From positions 243,804,689 through 243,868,688 of the forward strand of contig NC_085841.1 in assembly GCF_035594765.1 (NCBI RefSeq): a stretch of 64,000 nucleotides of DNA, in the 5' to 3' direction. A program made the position numbers and the translations under genes. The DNA comes from Anolis carolinensis (Eukaryota). The stretch's first letter is position 1. Every line of letters starts with the position of its first letter. The notes beneath the pieces were generated by a model, which saw nothing but the letters and a program-made list of their open reading frames with translations, was not told the origin of the DNA and ran no database searches. Below are positions 58,510 through 64,000 of this stretch, piece after piece.

Positions 58510-59402
58510 ATGTGATGGGAAACTATGCGTACTTTTGGGCATGTCACCCACAAGACTTGGGTGGGTGTCTATTACCTGAATGCCAAATAAATTCTTTGTC
58601 ATTGTGCGAAAAAAAATCCCCATCTCTGGGTGAAGAGAACTGTGGAATCCCCAGGTATTTTTAAAAAATAACTTCAAAACCAATAAAGATTTGTTGTCTG
58701 AATCCCGGACCTCCAAAAACGGTTGAGGTTCAGGAATGACTTATTGTTACCCCTCGCGTCTTCGGAAGCCAGAAAATAACCCCCAGCTGAGTGTTTCTGA
58801 CAACTTTTCCTTTTCCTTTACACATTGGAGCTTTAGCCAAATCTTGGGCTCAGGACAGAGATTGGAATGCAGATATCCTCCAATCCCTTGAAGACACAAT
58901 GAATTCATCCCAAGGAATTCCCAATCCCATAATCCTTTGATTACTATCTAATGTTCAATCAAGGAATCTTCCCCTTCCCAGCCCTGATATCACTCAGCAA
59001 ACATTGATTATGCTGAAATAATCACTTCCTATGCTAATGAGATCCCACTGGTGGAAAGGGGTGGTGCGGATACAAAAGACAGACTCCAGAATGCCTCCAA
59101 TAAAAGACCTTTATTAAATTTCTCACCACACTATACACCAATCACAAACTGTAAACATGACAATAATGAATGTAGTTTGAACCAATGAAATTGCAGATTG
59201 TAATTTGGACCAATCAAAGCAATATCTGTTGTTTACAAATGTCTATAAAATGTCCATGTCTGTAAACGTTAAGCATGTCAAAACTGGGAGAATTTCCGAC
59301 ACCCTTCTTTGACCAAATGGAGCAATAAAGCGATCTCTGATCCTGTCCTTAAACTCTCTCTCTAGTGGATTGATCAGAGCTTGGCTGCCGGGCTGAATCA
59401 CA
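58510..59402 (+). mobile_element. Probable solo LTR, boundaries uncertain
   Basis: Two CCAAT boxes (about 59182 and 59210), TATAAAA about 59245, AATAAA about 59324 and TGTGAT...ATCACA candidate ends; no convincing TSD found. Confidence 0.45.
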
Positions 59403-59928
59403 AGATTTTAAATAACAGATTCAGTCCTCTTGCTTTTAATTGTAGTACTTTGTTCATTAATTTCCTCTGGATATAACATATTTCTTTCTACAAAATAAAG
59501 AAAATAATAAAAAGAAGAAAATAAAACTGCAATACCAGTATGAGAATGGAAAATAAGCCTCTCTAGTAGTACTTCAAATAACCTGTGAGATCCAAGCTGC
59601 TGAAGCCTATTCTAAAACTAGATCCAGCACCTTCCAAGTTCAAACTAAATTCTGGAGCAGATTCACCTCCAACTTGATATTGGATACCCTGGGGGGAAAA
59701 GTCCCAGTTGCATTGGGAAATCAGCGAGGATGTGCAGGGACTTAAACCCCGTCCTGGAAGCCAGGAGCGCCAACCACCAGCATCTTTTGCTTTTTTCTGT
59801 CAATGCGAGAAGGAGAAAAGCAAAACCTGAGAGAACACAAGGGTGTTCTCTCAGGAAAAGAAAACCTTTCAGATCAATTCACTTCTAATGACCTAAAAGA
59901 GGCTTAGGTTCAGGTCCAACTTCCTTAT

Positions 59929-60210
59929 CTGGGGTCGTTTCCCTCAAGACCCTTCCACCAAAGCAGAGTTAAGGTCCCTTTCTTTAGGCACCACTCTCTC
60001 TGGGGTTATTTGCTCTCCAGACCCTTCCACCAAAGCAGAGTTAAGGCACCTTTCCAAAGGCACCACTCGCTCTGGGTTCATTTGCCCTCAAGACCCTTAC
60101 ACTGAAGCAAAGTTAAGGAACCTTTCTTAAGGCACCACTCTCTCTGGGGTCGTTTGCTCTCAGGACTTTTCCACTGAAGCAGAGTTAAAGCATCTTCCTA
60201 AAGGCACCTC
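59929..60210. repeat. 71-72 bp tandem repeat, about 4 units
   Basis: CTGGG-anchored units start at 59929, 60000, 60072 and 60144. Confidence 0.93.
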
Positions 60211-60460
60211 CAAGTGTGGCTATTTTCGTGCTGATAGCCATAAAAAACAATTGAAAGAAGAGCCTCACAAGTTCCCCTGTTATCGCCAATGGGTCCGATC
60301 TTCCAGAAACATAAATGGAACTTCCGGCTGCAGGATCATGGAGTAGCATTTTCCTGCTCCCAGTTTCGGGAATTTCCTGGTAAACTGATATTTTCACTGG
60401 TCAGGGAGTTTCTTGTCTGATCTGTGAAAAATAATCTCAAAACACCCCATCTTCATCCCT

Positions 60461-61684
60461 AAACCAGGAATCCCATAGAAATAATCAGAAGAATACATTT
60501 CATATGGAGAAAGAGGAATGGAATGTACTTACCGACATGAATTCTGTTGCTGGGGGTAAATGTCAGGTTATTATAGCATAACTGTTTAAAATAGAAAAGG
60601 AACCCTATAGAAATAATCAGAATAATAGATTTCAATATGGATAAAGAGGAATGGAATGTACTTACCAACATGAATTCTGTTGCTGAGGGTAAATATAAGC
60701 TCTTCTTTCAATCGTTTTTTATGGCTATCAGCACAAAAATAGCCACACTTGGAGGTGCCTTTAGAAAGATGCTTTAACTCTGCTTCAGTGGAAAAGTCCT
60801 GAGAGCAAATGGCCCCAGAGAAAGTGGTGCCTTAAGAAAGGTGCCTTAACTTTGCTTCAGTGCAAGGGTCTTGAGGGCAAATGAAAGAGGAATGGAATGT
60901 ACTTACCGACATGAATTCTGTTGCTGAGGGTAAATATAAGGTATTAGAGCACAACTGTTTAAAACATAGGAAAGGAACCCCATAGAAACAAACAGAAGAA
61001 TACATTTCTATGTAGAGCAAGAGGAATGAAGAATACTTACATGACTTCTGTGACTGAGGGTAAATATCAGGCTATTAGAGCACAACTGTTTAAAACATAG
61101 AAAAGGAACCCCATAGAAATAAACAGAAGAATACATTTCTATGTAGAGCAAGAGGAGTGAAGTGTACTTACATGACTTCTGTGACTGAGGGTTAATGTCA
61201 GGTTTTTATAGCATAACTGTTTAAAACATAGAAATGGAACCCCATAGAAATAAACAGAAGAATACATTTCTATGTAGAGCAAGAGGAATGAAGTGTACTT
61301 ACATGACTTCTGTGACTGAGGGTAAATATCAGGCTATTAGAGCACAACTGTTTAAAACAAAGAAATGGAACCCCATAGAAATAAACAGAATAATAGATTT
61401 CAACATGGAGAAAGAGGAATGGAATGTACTTACCGACATGAATTCTGTTCCTGAGGGTAAATATAAAGTATTAGAGCACAACTGTTTAAAACATAGAAAA
61501 GAAACCCCATAGAAATAAACAGAAGAATACATTTCTATGTAGAGCAAGAGGAATGAAGTGTACTTACATGACTTCTGTGACTGAGGGTTAATGTCAGGTT
61601 TTTATAGCATAACTGTTTAAAACATAGAAAAGAAACCCCATAGAACCAAATAGAAGAATACATTTATATGTGGAACAAGAGGAG

Positions 61685-61685
<1 letters not shown>
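60461..61685. repeat. 131-134 bp tandem repeat, about 8 units, with one more unit at about 62820-62912
   Basis: GTTTAAAA anchors at 60584, 60957, 61088, 61219, 61350, 61484 and 61615; interrupted at 60698-60885 and by the Dong element. Confidence 0.95.
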
Positions 61686-61738
<53 letters not shown>

Positions 61739-61742
61739 TAAT

Positions 61743-62595
61743 AAGCAGAAAACTGGCAAAAGAAGGTTCTCCATGGACAGTTCCTACGAAAAATCCAGAG
61801 TCAAATTGACAAAGAAAGAAAATGGCTGTGGCTCACAAACTGAACTTTGAAAAAGGAGAAAGAGGGCCTGATTCTGGCAGCCCAAGAATAAGCCATTAGA
61901 ACCAATGCCATCAAAGCCAAAATTGAAAAGTCGACAACAGACCCCAAATGTAGACTCTGCAAGGAAGCAGATGAAACAATAGATCACATCCTCAGCTGCT
62001 GCAAGTAGATCGCACATACAGACTACAAGCAGAGGCCTAACACCATTGCTCAAATAATTCATTGGAACTTGTGCCACAAATACCATCTGCTTGCGACAAA
62101 GAGCTGGTGGGATCACAAGCCAGAAAAAGTTACAGAGAATGAGCATGTCAAGCTACTCTGGGACTTCCGAATTCAGACAGACAGGGTTTTGGATCACAAT
62201 ACTCCTGACCTCACGATCGTGCTAAAAGACAAAGTATGTATTGTTGATGTCGCAATCCCAGGTGATGGCAGAATTGAGGAGAAACAACTGGAAAAGTTGA
62301 CACGATATGAGGATTTAAAGATTGAACTACAAAGACTCTGGCACAAGCCAGTCAAGGTGGTCCCAGTGGTGATCGGCACACTGGGTGCAGTGCCTAAAGG
62401 CCTTGGCCTACACTTAAACACAATCATCACCGACAAGATTACCATCTGCCAGCTGCAGAAGGCCACCTTACTGGGATCTGAACGCATTATTCGCCGATAC
62501 ATCACACAGTTCTAGACACTTGGGAAGTGTCCGACGTGTGATCCAATTCAACAGCCAGCAGAGTGTCTGCTGTGGACTCATTTTGTTGTGTTTCA
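61743..62595 (+). mobile_element. 5'-truncated R4/Dong-clade LINE (zinc knuckle and restriction-like endonuclease) in a (TAA)n tract
   Basis: CRLC...ETIDHILSCC, LLWDFRIQTDRVLDHNTPDL, VDVAIPGD, EKLTRYEDL, PVVIGTLG, LQKATLLGS; premature stops; (TAA)n on both flanks. Confidence 0.92.
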
Positions 62596-64000
62596 AATAA
62601 TAATAATAATACCTTTAATTATAGACCTCCCTCTCTCCCTGAGGGGTCTCACAGTGGTTTACATTAAAAAAAGGCAAACATTTGATGCATAGTCATTAAA
62701 AACAACAAATCAAAACAATACAGAATAACATCAGTAGAAAATAAAAATACTAATATTTAAATAAAACATGATTACACATAGAGATACGTGTGCCCCGAAA
62801 AAAAGGTGTTTAACGTATGAATGAAATGCACTTACTAACATTACTTCTGTGGCTGAGGGTAAATATCAGGTTATTAGAGCACAACTGCTTAAACCATAGA
62901 AAAAGAAATCCTCCCACAAAAATATTCTCATTTTATAGGTAAAGAACAAAAAAGTGGGCAACCTGTATTTTTGTCCACTGAAATGGCAATGTCTTGAGTT
63001 CCTCCACAGATCTATGAAAGGCAATCCCAAGATACCAGTGTTTCCCCAGCCCTCCCAGTTCCCGCAATTAAAACCAGTAGAAATCCAGACTTATGCAGCA
63101 TCTACAAAGTAGATAAACAAAAACAATGCTCCCCAGGCCCCAAAACAAAGGCCCCAGAACAATTCACAAAAACAAGACCATCACCCAAGACAGCACTTCC
63201 TATTCTAACTGAACCCGCCTGTTAACTGCAGAGTAGCTTTTAAATTCAAAAATGGTTATATATGCAACATTCAAAAAGGGAGAACGTAATAAATCAAAGG
63301 GGGAACTGGAAACTTCATCTATTCAAATAGATCCAAATAGTAGCCATGACTGTGCCATGTGTCAAAACAACTCACTGCACAGATTTTCAAAGATGGGTCT
63401 ACCGAGGGGAGTCGAAGGAGAAGGGATTCAGGAGAGCTTCACAGTTTGGCAGAACAATCCAAAAGAACTACTTTTCCACTGCATACCTATAATTGGTACA
63501 TTTTAATCCATAGTCAAAAATACACTAAAGTAAAACTCTCTTGGATTTAAAAAATCTGGTTGTAGTTGGATCAAAATCATGTCATTTCTGACCATCCTCG
63601 CCTATATCATTAAGATTTGTTTCCCTACTTTCTATCAGTTCCTTTGGAGTTTAAAATAATGGTTTCTTCTCTCTTTTGTAAGTGAATATCTCACTACAGT
63701 TCCTTGAGCTATGATTTACTTTAGTTTCACCAGATTTCCCAACTGTTCCTCTCTTCACTTTTGGAGGAAAATATTTAATGTCCCTTCATCTACCTGTTCC
63801 CCTAATCTCTCTTTCTTTTGTCCTGCCCAAAGCTCTGGCAATGGAGAGAGTGGGAAAAAAACCCCAGTATGGAACCAATAAGACAGCCTCACTTACTGGA
63901 ATGGGCCGGATCCTTCTGCCAGCCGTTGCACATCACAAAAGGACAGAAAATAGTCCCTGGCCATAGTGCTCAATGCATGCAAACATACTAGCTAGGGCTT

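Noticed and set aside
60461-61685. CRISPR-like array
   Set aside because: Vertebrate DNA; whole units are homologous with no unique spacers, and there are no cas genes.
62069-62515. 148-aa ORF as a functional or domesticated nuclease
   Set aside because: It is the 3' part of a truncated Dong/R4 ORF with upstream stops and no ATG start.

Overview
Eukaryotic, TE-rich squamate DNA. Sauria SINEs, a 5S-derived SINE, Dong/R4, CR1, L2, BovB, Penelope, Helitron and several MITE families point to an Anolis-type lizard; this is an inference from the repeat repertoire. The only recognisable protein-coding gene is SMARCAL1 on the minus strand. I traced 14 coding exons by hand from the ATG at 40166 to 2916 (2642 nt, about 880 codons), all with GT-AG introns and consistent phases. 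They encode the RPA-binding N-terminus, two HARP domains and the SNF2 ATPase/helicase motifs. The last coding exons are not visible and probably lie left of base 1. A CpG-rich promoter with E2F, ZNF143-type, CCAAT and NRF1-like motifs lies at about 46.9-47.2 kb. Upstream (49-57 kb) is a deeply nested TE stack containing a 2.24 kb solo LTR oriented toward SMARCAL1 and two back-to-back non-autonomous Helitrons. The most unusual signal is at 59.6-62.9 kb: a 131-134 bp tandem repeat in which every unit reads on the minus strand as acceptor, 45-49 nt micro-exon, donor and about 86 nt intron. Next to it are a 72 bp repeat resembling a decayed 24-aa coding repeat, an inverted duplication and a perfect hairpin. 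Together these may be an unannotated or decayed micro-exon gene. All coordinates were read by eye and TE family names come from pattern recognition, not database searches.
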